Shown here in pieces: positions 55,790-64,000 of a stretch of DNA of 64,000 bases. The stretch is from assembly GCA_965223265.1 (NCBI GenBank), contig OZ244999.1, positions 3,968,001 to 4,032,000 of the forward strand, given 5' to 3'. Source of the DNA: Planctomycetota bacterium. GTDB lineage: Bacteria > Planctomycetota > UBA8108 > SXIK01. How positions within the stretch are numbered: position 1 is the stretch's first letter; every line of letters starts with the position of its first letter. The notes under the pieces are model-generated. The model ran no database searches. It was not told the origin of the DNA and saw only the letters and a program-made list of their open reading frames with translations. The translations under genes and the position numbers were made by a program.

Positions 55790-55970
55790 ATAAGTGGCCC
55801 GCCCTCTCGTCCCAACAGACGATACCCGCCGTCTGACACCTCTTCCGACACAGTAAGTAAGGTGATCCATGTCGGACAATTCGTTCGCACGGTGAACCTG
55901 CTGTCGGGCGCGCCTCACGGCACACGGCCGCAGCCGGGGGCCAGGGCTGGCCTCCCTGGCCCCTCTTCTT
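55790..55970 (+). ncRNA. Candidate small RNA / micro-ORF transcript, related to 6800-7003
   Basis: GG-N10-GC motif at 55766-55779; hairpins CAGACG/CGTCTG and TCCGACA/TGTCGGA; core CACAGTAAGTAAGGTGATCCATG; ORF MSDNSFAR (55869-55895); terminator GGGGCCAGGG/CCCTGGCCCC-TCTTCTT (55937-55970). Confidence 0.5.
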
Positions 55971-56007
55971 GCGTGGACCTCTTCTTCCGGGGTCGCCTCA
56001 CGCCGCT

Positions 56008-56652
56008 TCAGGACGCTTCGACGAGCAAACACTCCAGGCGCAGCGGGCCATGGACCCCTTGGACGATTCGCTGCGCGATGTCGGCGGTACGGCTCGGGCC
56101 CGTGACGACAACAAGGTTCGCAGGTAGAGCGGATCCCCGTGAAGCCCGAAGGACGTCGAGCAGGTCGAGGACGATGTCCGAGCGCCGCAGTATTCCAATG
56201 TGAACGGCTGGTGCGATCGAAAACTGACGCCATCGCCCGGCGCCAGAGACAACGACCAAGCTGCCGGTCTCGGCAATGCCAAAATCGCAGAGCGTGACAC
56301 CGCAGCCCGCCGCAAAGAGCTGTTCATCGTCGGGAGCACTCACACCCAGCCCCTGCAGCCCAGGGTATCGATCCATGCACGCCGGCTCGATCAACGCGTC
56401 GCCACACGTCCCAGCGCGCTCGCGGACGATCGTCGCGACTTCGGCGGAGGCGCAGGGCGTCACCGTCACCCCGGCGGCCACGGCGCGTTCCACGAAAAGA
56501 CTCACGGCGTCGGCGTCCGCCGGTAGCGTCCGGATGACCGCCTCGTCGAGGTGCGGTAGGTCATGCCCGCGGCGGGCTCGCGTTGCCGCAGCGACGCTCC
56601 GCCGCAGCTCTTCTGCGCTCTTACTTTCGCTCCGCTCGATTGGGTCGGCCAT
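56008..56652 (-). CDS. lutC: Lactate utilization protein C (LUD domain)
   Basis: GIAETGSLV, P.VHI, VTGPSRTADI...VQGVHGP. Confidence 0.9.
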   Translation of the reverse strand: MADPIERSESKSAEELRRSVAAATRARRGHDLPHLDEAVIRTLPADADAVSLFVERAVAAGVTVTPCASAEVATIVRERAGTCGDALIEPACMDRYPGLQGLGVSAPDDEQLFAAGCGVTLCDFGIAETGSLVVVSGAGRWRQFSIAPAVHIGILRRSDIVLDLLDVLRASRGSALPANLVVVTGPSRTADIAQRIVQGVHGPLRLECLLVEAS

Positions 56653-58055
56653 CAGACGTTCTTCCTCCAGAGATCGCGAAACGACTCTCGTGCCGGCGCC
56701 TTGAAGTCGCGCTCGCCTGCAGTCCAAGCCCGCAGCGGCCCAACGCCGCGCCGAACCCAGCCGCGACGCGCCAGAAGACGGCAGCCGCGACGCAGCAGCC
56801 ACTGGGCGACTCGATAGCGGCGTGGGGAACGCAGCGCCCACAGTAGCGACTTCACAGCCAGACTTTTTCGGCGCTCGACGACACGGCGCGCGTGCGCCTC
56901 AACGCGCAGGTCGACGAGCAGTCGCGGGATATCGATCTTCACCGGGCAGGCTTCGAGGCAGGCACCGCACAGACTCGACGCCTCGGGCAAGTCGCGATGT
57001 TTTTCGAGCCCTTCGAGAAGCGGGGTGATCACCTTGCCGATCGGACCGGGGTAAACGCTCCCGTAGGCGTGTCCGCCGATTGAACGATACACCGGGCAGG
57101 CGTTAAGGCATGCGCCACAGCGAATACAGCGCAGCGCCTCACGGAACTTGGAGCTCAGGATGCGGCTCCGGCCGCGATCCATGATCACCACGTGCACCTC
57201 TTGCGGCCCATCCTCATCACCGGCGCGCCGCGGGCCCGAGACGACGTTGGTGTAAACAGTGATGGGCTGACCCGTGCCGCTCCTGCCCAGAAGCTTGACG
57301 AAGACGCTGAGGTCATCGAGGCGGGGTACCAGCTTCTCGATCCCCATGAGCGCCACGTGAACGCGCGGCCGCGTACTCGTGTAGCGCCCATTGCCTTCGT
57401 TCGTGACCAGCACGATGCTGCCGGTTTCCGCCACCGCGAAATTGACTCCCGTGATCCCAAGATCGCAGCGCCGAAAGAGAGGACGCAAGTGTTCGCGCGC
57501 GGCGCGTGTCAGCTGCTTCTCATCTTCGGTGTACGCGCCTCCAAGCCGCCGGTGCATGGCCGCAGCGACTTCAGGAACGCTCTTGTGAATAATTGGCAGC
57601 ACGATATGACTCGGGTGGTCATCTGCGATCTGAACGATGAACTCGCCAAGGTCGGTCTCGACAACTTCGAGTCCCGACTCTTCCAGCCAGCGATTGAGCT
57701 CTACCTCTTCGCTCGCCATGGACTTCCCCTTCGAGACCACCTTGCAGCCGCGGCTGGAGGCGATCTCGCGAACGATTTCGATCACGTCCGTCTGCGTCGC
57801 CGCCAGATGGATCTGCATCCCGTTCGCCGTCGCTTGCTGGATGAACTCTTGCAAGTAATCATCGAGCTGATCAAGGCAGTGATCCTTGATCGATGCGGCG
57901 AGGGAGCGTAGGCGCTCGACATCGGGTAACGAGGCCCACGCGGCACGACGCTTCGCGTCGACGGCCGCCGTCGCGTCGCGCACAAAGCCCTGTTGGTTGC
58001 GGTTCGCCAGAGCGGCGTCGACTCTGTCGCGAAACGATGGTGTCGGCAGGTTCAT
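56652..58055 (-). CDS. lutB: Lactate utilization protein B (Fe-S)
   Basis: KGKSM.SEE, ETDLGEFI, PSHIV.P..H, TNEGN, CIRCGACLNACPVY, SSLCGAC..ACPV.ID. Confidence 0.95.
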   Translation of the reverse strand: MNLPTPSFRDRVDAALANRNQQGFVRDATAAVDAKRRAAWASLPDVERLRSLAASIKDHCLDQLDDYLQEFIQQATANGMQIHLAATQTDVIEIVREIASSRGCKVVSKGKSMASEEVELNRWLEESGLEVVETDLGEFIVQIADDHPSHIVLPIIHKSVPEVAAAMHRRLGGAYTEDEKQLTRAAREHLRPLFRRCDLGITGVNFAVAETGSIVLVTNEGNGRYTSTRPRVHVALMGIEKLVPRLDDLSVFVKLLGRSGTGQPITVYTNVVSGPRRAGDEDGPQEVHVVIMDRGRSRILSSKFREALRCIRCGACLNACPVYRSIGGHAYGSVYPGPIGKVITPLLEGLEKHRDLPEASSLCGACLEACPVKIDIPRLLVDLRVEAHARRVVERRKSLAVKSLLWALRSPRRYRVAQWLLRRGCRLLARRGWVRRGVGPLRAWTAGERDFKAPARESFRDLWRKNV

Positions 58056-58804
58056 GCGTTCGCCTCCGGCGGCAATTGCCAACCTTGAGCCTCGGCGACC
58101 AACTCCGCGATATGTCGCATGCGCACGTCGCGACGCTGACGGTGCAGCCCACCCCCAATATTCAACCCGCATCCTCCTTCGTTACAAATCAGTGTCGTCG
58201 CACCCGAGGCGACGATGCACGCGACCTTGTCCTCAAGCATTCGCGCACTGATTTCAGGATAGCTCGTCGCGAACGTACCGCCGAAACCACAACAAGAATC
58301 GGCGCGCTCGAGCGGCACGAATCCACCACCCAGTCGCGCCGCCTCCGCCTCGGCCTGCAGCGGACTCGTCAGGCCGCGCAAGTGGCACGGATAGTGAAAG
58401 GTGAACTTGTCCGTCAAGCGGACGCCAAGGTCTGCCCAATCGACTCCCAGGATCGAGGTGACGAACGATGAGAACTCGTGCGTCTTCGCAGCAAGCGCCT
58501 CGACTTTGCGGCACCGGTCGCTCCCACGCTCGAAGAGGTGAATCGCGTGAAGCTTCACCATGGCTGCGCAGCTGCCGCTCGGCGTCACCACATACTCAAA
58601 CTCGTCGAATAGATCTGCGAGCTGCACGACCAGATCGGCGGCTTCGCGATGGCACCCGCTGTTGTAGCCGGGTTGACCACAGCAGGTTTGCGCTTCCGGG
58701 AACACAACCTCGCAGCCCAGATGTTCCAACGTCCTGGCGACGGCTAGACCGACGCGTGGAAAGAAGTTGTCCGTCAGGCAAGTCACGAAAAGAGCGAGGC
58801 GCAC
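58052..58804 (-). CDS. lutA: Lactate utilization protein A (CCG domains)
   Basis: LFVTCL.D, QTCCGQP.YNSG, SGSC, HYPCH, CCGFGGTF, HIAE; start approximate. Confidence 0.92.
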   Translation of the reverse strand: MRLALFVTCLTDNFFPRVGLAVARTLEHLGCEVVFPEAQTCCGQPGYNSGCHREAADLVVQLADLFDEFEYVVTPSGSCAAMVKLHAIHLFERGSDRCRKVEALAAKTHEFSSFVTSILGVDWADLGVRLTDKFTFHYPCHLRGLTSPLQAEAEAARLGGGFVPLERADSCCGFGGTFATSYPEISARMLEDKVACIVASGATTLICNEGGCGLNIGGGLHRQRRDVRMRHIAELVAEAQGWQLPPEANA

Positions 58805-59008
58805 GGAAGATTTCCCCGAAGTCGTTGAACGCGAAAATGCAGGAGCGTACTGACTGCGCCGGGTCACAATAATGGCTCAGCGCCTTGGTGTAAAACGTTC
58901 GCATGCCTTCACCCGGCCGAACGACTTGTCCATGCGCGTTGTTGAGCTTTTGGGTGGCTGCCATTATCCTTGCGAACTCTTCTGCTTGCACTTCCGGAGG
59001 TTGGCAGC

Positions 59009-60106
59009 TTGCGCGTTCTCGGCATTGAAACCACTTGCGATGAAACCGGCGTGGCGATCGTCGAGGACGGCTATCGCATCGTCGCCAATGTCGTCAATTC
59101 TCAGATCCCGCTGCACGAGCGTTTCGGGGGCGTCGTACCCGAGATCGCCAGTAGAGCGCACACCGAGACGATCACGCGGCTGGTCGAGAAGGCCATCGCC
59201 GAGGCTGGTCTTGATCTTTTCGGTGCACGTCCTCCCGTCGACGTGGTCGCCGTGGCGAATCGCCCCGGGCTCATCGGCGCGCTCCTTGTCGGCGCCACGG
59301 CGGCAAAGAGCCTCGCTCTTGCGTGGGATGTGCCGCTCATCGGCGTCGACCACGTCCACGCCCACATCTACTCGGCCCTGTTGCGCTCCGAAGCGCCCCC
59401 AGAGCGGCCAAGCATGACGGACTACTTTCCCGCGGTTTCGCTTGTGGTGTCAGGCGGTCACACGACTCTGTACTCGAGTCGAAACTCGTGCCATCACGAG
59501 CTGATTGGCCAGACGACAGACGACGCCGCCGGTGAAGCTTTTGACAAAGTCGCGTCGCTGCTGAACCTCGGATATCCGGGCGGACCGGCGATTTCGAAGG
59601 CAGCACTGAGCGGCGACGCGAAAGCGATTCGTTTCCCGCGTACGCTTTTACAGAAAGACTCGCTCGATTTTAGTTTCTCCGGTATCAAGACGGCGGTTCG
59701 CTACCACACCCGGGGCCAAGACGCGTCGCGCTCGGCACCGCTCAAAGCCGGCATCTGCGTCCCTGACGTCGCGGCTTCGTTCGAAGAAGCAGTCGTCGAC
59801 GTCCTGGTGGAAAAACTGCGCCGCGCGCTCAAGCGCGAAGGAGCCACGGCCGCGATCGTCTCCGGCGGCGTGGCCGCCAACCAAAGACTTCGGCGACGCC
59901 TGCAGGAGTTCACCGCCGCGGACGACAAGGTGCGATTGCACATACCCGAGCTAAAGTTCTGCACGGACAACGCAGCTATGATCGCGGCCTTGGCCCATGA
60001 GCTCTGGACTGGCGGCGCGCGCCACGACCTCGACCTCGCCGTGTCGACGACCGCGACTCCGTCCGCGGAACTGCTGCGTCCCTCTCCCGCTCCCAGCAGC
60101 CAGTGA
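59009..60106 (+). CDS. tsaD: tRNA N6-adenosine threonylcarbamoyltransferase
   Basis: LGIETTCDET, GGVVPEIASRAH, PGLIGAL.VG, H..AH, VSGGHT, DDAAGEAFDK, FSFSGIKT, GGVAAN, CTDNAAMIA; TTG start after GGAGG. Confidence 0.96.
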   Translation: MRVLGIETTCDETGVAIVEDGYRIVANVVNSQIPLHERFGGVVPEIASRAHTETITRLVEKAIAEAGLDLFGARPPVDVVAVANRPGLIGALLVGATAAKSLALAWDVPLIGVDHVHAHIYSALLRSEAPPERPSMTDYFPAVSLVVSGGHTTLYSSRNSCHHELIGQTTDDAAGEAFDKVASLLNLGYPGGPAISKAALSGDAKAIRFPRTLLQKDSLDFSFSGIKTAVRYHTRGQDASRSAPLKAGICVPDVAASFEEAVVDVLVEKLRRALKREGATAAIVSGGVAANQRLRRRLQEFTAADDKVRLHIPELKFCTDNAAMIAALAHELWTGGARHDLDLAVSTTATPSAELLRPSPAPSSQ

Positions 60107-60133
60107 GCGGCGAGATCGAGCGAAAGGAAACCG

Positions 60134-60892
60134 ATGACCCAAGACGATCTCCGCAAACTACTGAAGAAAGTTTGGTCGCAGCGAGTCTCCGTTGAAGACG
60201 CTCTCAGAGAACTTCGAGCCCCACCCGTCGAAGATTTCGAGAACGCCCGCGTGGATCACCACCGCGCCATTCGCTGCGGTTTTCCAGAAGTAATCTACTG
60301 CGAGGGAAAAGAACTCGCCGATATCGCCGAAATCGCGCAGAGCATTCTCAAACACTCCCCGCTACTACTCGCCACGCGCGCTTCCGCGGACGTCTATCAG
60401 ACGATCCATAAAGTCGAACGCACGGCGACTTACTACGAACGTGCGCGCTGCGTAACTGTGGTGAAGAAAGACCCCGAACCGCAGCAGGCCCGCATCCTCG
60501 TCGTTTGCGCGGGCACCGCCGACCTGCCCGTCGCCGAAGAGGCGCGGGTGACAGCGGAGCTCGGCGGCTTTACAGTCGAGACCGTCTACGATGCCGGGGT
60601 GGCTGGAATCCATCGGCTCCTCGGCGAGTCACAGAAAATCCAAACCGCAGACGTGATCATCGTCGTGGCCGGTATGGAGGGCGCACTGGCGAGCGTCGTC
60701 GGCGGCCTCACCGACGTACCCGTGATCGCGGTGCCGACGAGCGTCGGCTACGGTGCCAGCTTCGGTGGCATCGCGCCGCTCCTCACGATGCTGAACAGTT
60801 GCGCGGCGGGCGTCGCGGTCGTCAATATCGACAACGGCTTTGGCGCCGGCTATCTCGCCGCCCAGATCGGCCGGCGACGAGTGGTCGAGTAG
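60134..60892 (+). CDS. larB: Nickel-pincer cofactor biosynthesis protein LarB
   Basis: ARVDHHR..R.GFPEVIYCEGK, AGTADLPVAEEA, DAGVAGIHRL, AGMEGAL.SVV, VPTSVGYGA, MLNSCA.GV.VVNIDNGFGA. Confidence 0.94.
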   Translation: MTQDDLRKLLKKVWSQRVSVEDALRELRAPPVEDFENARVDHHRAIRCGFPEVIYCEGKELADIAEIAQSILKHSPLLLATRASADVYQTIHKVERTATYYERARCVTVVKKDPEPQQARILVVCAGTADLPVAEEARVTAELGGFTVETVYDAGVAGIHRLLGESQKIQTADVIIVVAGMEGALASVVGGLTDVPVIAVPTSVGYGASFGGIAPLLTMLNSCAAGVAVVNIDNGFGAGYLAAQIGRRRVVE

Positions 60893-60910
60893 CCGAGAGA
60901 GGTCAACCAC

Positions 60911-61780
60911 GTGGACGGGCAAGAGATCAAAGAACTGCCGCGCATCGCATTGCGTGCTGCCGAGGCGCACAAAGGAAACTTCGGTCGCGTCCTGATCGTC
61001 GCCGGCAGCGACTTGATGCCGGGGGCGGCGATCCTTTGCAGCCGCGCCGCACTGAGATCCGGCGCAGGGCTCGTCACCGCGGCGGTGCCCGAGACAATTG
61101 CACCTGCTGTTGCGGCCGCGGTGCCCGAGGCGACGCAAGTCCACTACGATGCCCGCGACCAAGGGACTTCGGTTGCGACGCTCGAGGCGGCGATAGGGAG
61201 TACTCAGTTCTCTGCCGTCGCGGTCGGGCCCGGGCTCGGCGTGTCGGCGGTTTCGAGCGCTGTCGTGACGTCAATGCTGACAAATGCCGCCTGTCCTCAA
61301 GTCGTCGATGCCGACGCGGTGAACATCGTGGCCGCTAGCGGCCAAACGCCGCCAGCACGTCGACCTGACCGAGTTTGGACACCCCACCCGGGGGAGTTCT
61401 CGCGGTTGACCGGCGAGCAGCCTCACACCGACGATGAACGACGTCGCAGCGCCGTGGACGCCGCCACACGCTTTGGCGGCGTCATGCTCCTCAAGGGCCA
61501 CGGCAGCGTGATCGCCACGCAAGACTCCTACGCCCTCAACCTTACGGGCAACCCCGGCATGGCGACCGCAGGCAGCGGTGACGTGCTCACCGGAATTGTC
61601 GCCGGGCTCCTGGCCCAAGGCTATCCCCCGTTCGATGCAGCGCGGCTGGCGGCTCACCTCCACGGCAAAGCGGGCGACCTCGCACGCCGACTGGTCGGTG
61701 AGCTCGGCCTCATCGCCAGCGATCTGATCGAAGCCCTGCCGTCGGCCATCGTCGAGCACCAGAAAGAAACCGGGCCATGA
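60911..61780 (+). CDS. nnrD: ADP-dependent NAD(P)HX dehydratase (stand-alone)
   Basis: HKG.FGRVL..AGS..MPGAA, GAGLV, VGPGLG, VVDADA, TPHPGEF.RL, LKG, GNPGMATAGSGDVL.G. Confidence 0.94.
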   Translation: MDGQEIKELPRIALRAAEAHKGNFGRVLIVAGSDLMPGAAILCSRAALRSGAGLVTAAVPETIAPAVAAAVPEATQVHYDARDQGTSVATLEAAIGSTQFSAVAVGPGLGVSAVSSAVVTSMLTNAACPQVVDADAVNIVAASGQTPPARRPDRVWTPHPGEFSRLTGEQPHTDDERRRSAVDAATRFGGVMLLKGHGSVIATQDSYALNLTGNPGMATAGSGDVLTGIVAGLLAQGYPPFDAARLAAHLHGKAGDLARRLVGELGLIASDLIEALPSAIVEHQKETGP

Positions 61781-62754
61781 CCGTGAGGATTGCGCACTTC
61801 TCGGACGTTCACATCACGCAGCAACCGTCCGAAATCGCGTGGCGCGATCTGCTGTCAAAACGCTTCGTCGGCTGGGCGAACCTGCGATTCTTCGGTCGCT
61901 ACGCAGCACTCGCGGACGCGGAGACGGTCGCCGCCGCTCTCGTCGACGATCTCGACGAGCTGAAACCTGACCACGTCCTGTCGACTGGCGACTTAACGGG
62001 TCTGTCGCTGCCGAGCGAGTTCGCCGCGGCGCGGCGCGCTCTGGCTCCGCTTCTCGAACGAGCCAATGTCACCTCAATCCCTGGGAATCACGACGTCTAC
62101 GTCCGCAGTGCGGCCGCGAGCGGACTCTACGACGAGGCGTTCGGCACCTGGACGCGTACGGAAGTTTCTCACGAGGAGATGCCGGCGGATGTTGCCCACG
62201 ACTACCCCTACCCTCTGCTCCGCTACATCGAAAACGACATCGTTCTCTGTTGCCTTCGCGACGTGCGCCCGGCGCCGCTGCACGACTCATCTGGATTGGT
62301 ACCGGCGGCTCAGCTGCGAGCCCTCGACCACCTGCTCGGCTCGCAGGCGGTAGCGCCGCGTCGCAAGATTCTGGCGCTCCACTACGGCCTGTGCCGGCAC
62401 GACGGCTCGCCCGACACGCGGCTGCATGGGCTACGAAACGCCAAAGATGTGTGGGATATCGCAGAGCGGCACGGCGTCACGCTTGTCGTTCACGGCCACC
62501 TCCACCACCGATTCGTCCACGCCCAAGGCGCGGTCGCTCCGTTCGCGATCGCTAATCCGGGCGCGCTCGCCTACAGCCGCGGCGATCGCACCTATCACGT
62601 GTATCACTTCGACACGGACTCGGTCCGCCTGGAGGTGCGACGCTTCAACGCCGAGCAGCAGCGCTTCAACGAGTGGAGCGCTGCGCCGGGAAGTGGCTGC
62701 ATCTGGTCCGCTGCGACCGCAGCCGACGCTGCGCGCGCTGACGCGCAGCCGTGA
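61777..62754 (+). CDS. Calcineurin-like metallophosphoesterase
   Basis: SDVH, TGDLT, PGNHD, H, HGHLH motifs. Confidence 0.9.
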   Translation: MTVRIAHFSDVHITQQPSEIAWRDLLSKRFVGWANLRFFGRYAALADAETVAAALVDDLDELKPDHVLSTGDLTGLSLPSEFAAARRALAPLLERANVTSIPGNHDVYVRSAAASGLYDEAFGTWTRTEVSHEEMPADVAHDYPYPLLRYIENDIVLCCLRDVRPAPLHDSSGLVPAAQLRALDHLLGSQAVAPRRKILALHYGLCRHDGSPDTRLHGLRNAKDVWDIAERHGVTLVVHGHLHHRFVHAQGAVAPFAIANPGALAYSRGDRTYHVYHFDTDSVRLEVRRFNAEQQRFNEWSAAPGSGCIWSAATAADAARADAQP

Positions 62755-63003
62755 CATTGGCACCCGTGCAGCTGATTCCCCGGCGCGACGTGTTGGGCAT
62801 CACCGCAGAGCGGCTTCTCTTCGATCTGAATCACCCGTCGACGTAACGCGGCGCGCCTGTCACGAATCGCTCGCCGCAGCTCTGGCGACAGCAGCGAAAT
62901 CGACTGGACAGCGCCGCGGCTTTCGCGATCATCGACCGTCGCTCGTCCGGCTGATGCGGGAGTCCCTCTCCGTGACCTGGCCCTCACCTACTAGGAGTCA
63001 AGA

Positions 63004-64000
63004 ATGCGTACTCTGAACAGACTCAGCCGCACGCCACACGCTCGTCACTGGCGTTTTTTCTCCGTCGCATTGGCACTTCTCTTCGGCTGCTCGAGTGACG
63101 CCACTCGGAGTGGAGACGCATCCACGGGCGGCAGGAGCGACGCGCAGAGCTTCTGGCTCGAAAACATGGTTCTGTTTCATGGCTACACAACTGAAGAAGT
63201 CGCGGCAGCCACGGGACACGGCGTCGAAGAGATCGCGACCAAGGTCGCCGCAGTTCGAAGCGACGAGCAGGCAGGGAGAAACACGCTCACGCCGCCCGCC
63301 GACCGGCTCCTCATTCTTCCCTACCCTGGCGGACGCCACCCACGCATCGGATTTCTCGACGGAGCGATCGATCCGTGGCGCGAGACGAAGTTGAGTGTGT
63401 TCTTGCCGTGGAAGGACGCAGGCTACGTCGTCGTCGACTTACCCGAAGCGCTGTGGAGAAACCGCGAGCTCCCCGACGACCGTCGACTCATGTTTCTCGC
63501 CCACACGCACATCCCAACGATTTGGGATGACGCAGGGGTCACTCTGGAGCGGCGAGACTGGTCGCGCGGTGCCGATGGGACTCTCGAGAACACGTTCAGC
63601 ATGCCGAACGGAGTGATCATCGGCGCCAAGGCGACGCCGCAGCGAGAGTGGGTCGATCTCGAGTTGACGCTCGACAACGGTAGCCCCGAAAGACTCGCCG
63701 GTTTGCGCACCCAGATCTGTGTCATGCTCAAGGGCGCACCGCAGTTCAACGCGCAAACGAACGGCAACAAGCAGCTGGAGGACGATGATCGCACGTTTCG
63801 CACGCGCTACGCCGCCGTCCGCGCCGCGGGTGCCGAACGCTGGGTCGTGACGCTGTGGACACGTTCAGACAGGCCGTGGGGAAACGAAAGTTGCCCGTGC
63901 ATTCACGCCGATCCATGGTTTCCCGATCTCCACCCCGGAGAAAGTGCGACGCTTCGCGGCCGGCTCTTCTTTCATGAAGGAGACGGACTCGATGCCGCGA
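63004..64000 (+). CDS. Probable lipoprotein of unknown function (partial, runs off the window edge)
   Basis: AGGAG SD; manual translation MRTLNR...VALALLFGC (lipobox) ...FWLENMV.FHGY...LPYPGGRHPRIGFLDGAIDP.RETK.SVF.PW...GYVVVDLPEALW; no stop noticed. Confidence 0.75.
   Translation, partial: MRTLNRLSRTPHARHWRFFSVALALLFGCSSDATRSGDASTGGRSDAQSFWLENMVLFHGYTTEEVAAATGHGVEEIATKVAAVRSDEQAGRNTLTPPADRLLILPYPGGRHPRIGFLDGAIDPWRETKLSVFLPWKDAGYVVVDLPEALWRNRELPDDRRLMFLAHTHIPTIWDDAGVTLERRDWSRGADGTLENTFSMPNGVIIGAKATPQREWVDLELTLDNGSPERLAGLRTQICVMLKGAPQFNAQTNGNKQLEDDDRTFRTRYAAVRAAGAERWVVTLWTRSDRPWGNESCPCIHADPWFPDLHPGESATLRGRLFFHEGDGLDAA

Overview
GC-rich bacterial chromosomal core region, most likely from a Planctomycetota lineage. 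The evidence is a planctomycete cytochrome c/DUF1549/DUF1553 plus DUF1501 pair, a planctomycete-type dockerin-like protein, an LpxC-FabZ fusion, and the gene order rplY-pth-rpsF-ssb-rplI-dnaB. About 57 CDS and 4 tRNAs are supported. They cover translation and replication genes, the lipid A cluster, a complete ccm operon with a CxxxY-type CcmE, lutABC, lysine catabolism (lat, gcdH), a tatD-folE-NUDIX-CYTH operon, and a mazG-moxR / prkA / FHA-GAF-sigma54-activator signalling neighbourhood. No CRISPR array, prophage or autonomous transposase was seen. The main unannotated signals are: (i) two apparently related ~190-200 nt intergenic transcription units (6800-7003 minus, 55790-55970 plus), each with a sigma54-type -24/-12 promoter candidate, hairpins, a shared CACAG-AAG-AAGG(AGG)TGAT Shine-Dalgarno-like core followed by a 6-8 codon micro-ORF, and its own terminator; (ii) a ~166 bp palindromic MITE family, with 2 full copies overlapping a start or stop codon and about 3 decayed remnants; (iii) degenerate tandem repeat tracts; (iv) loss of tsf, prs and rpsR from their usual loci; (v) several sigma70 promoters with 16-bp spacers. 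All calls come from manual motif recognition; no database searches were run.
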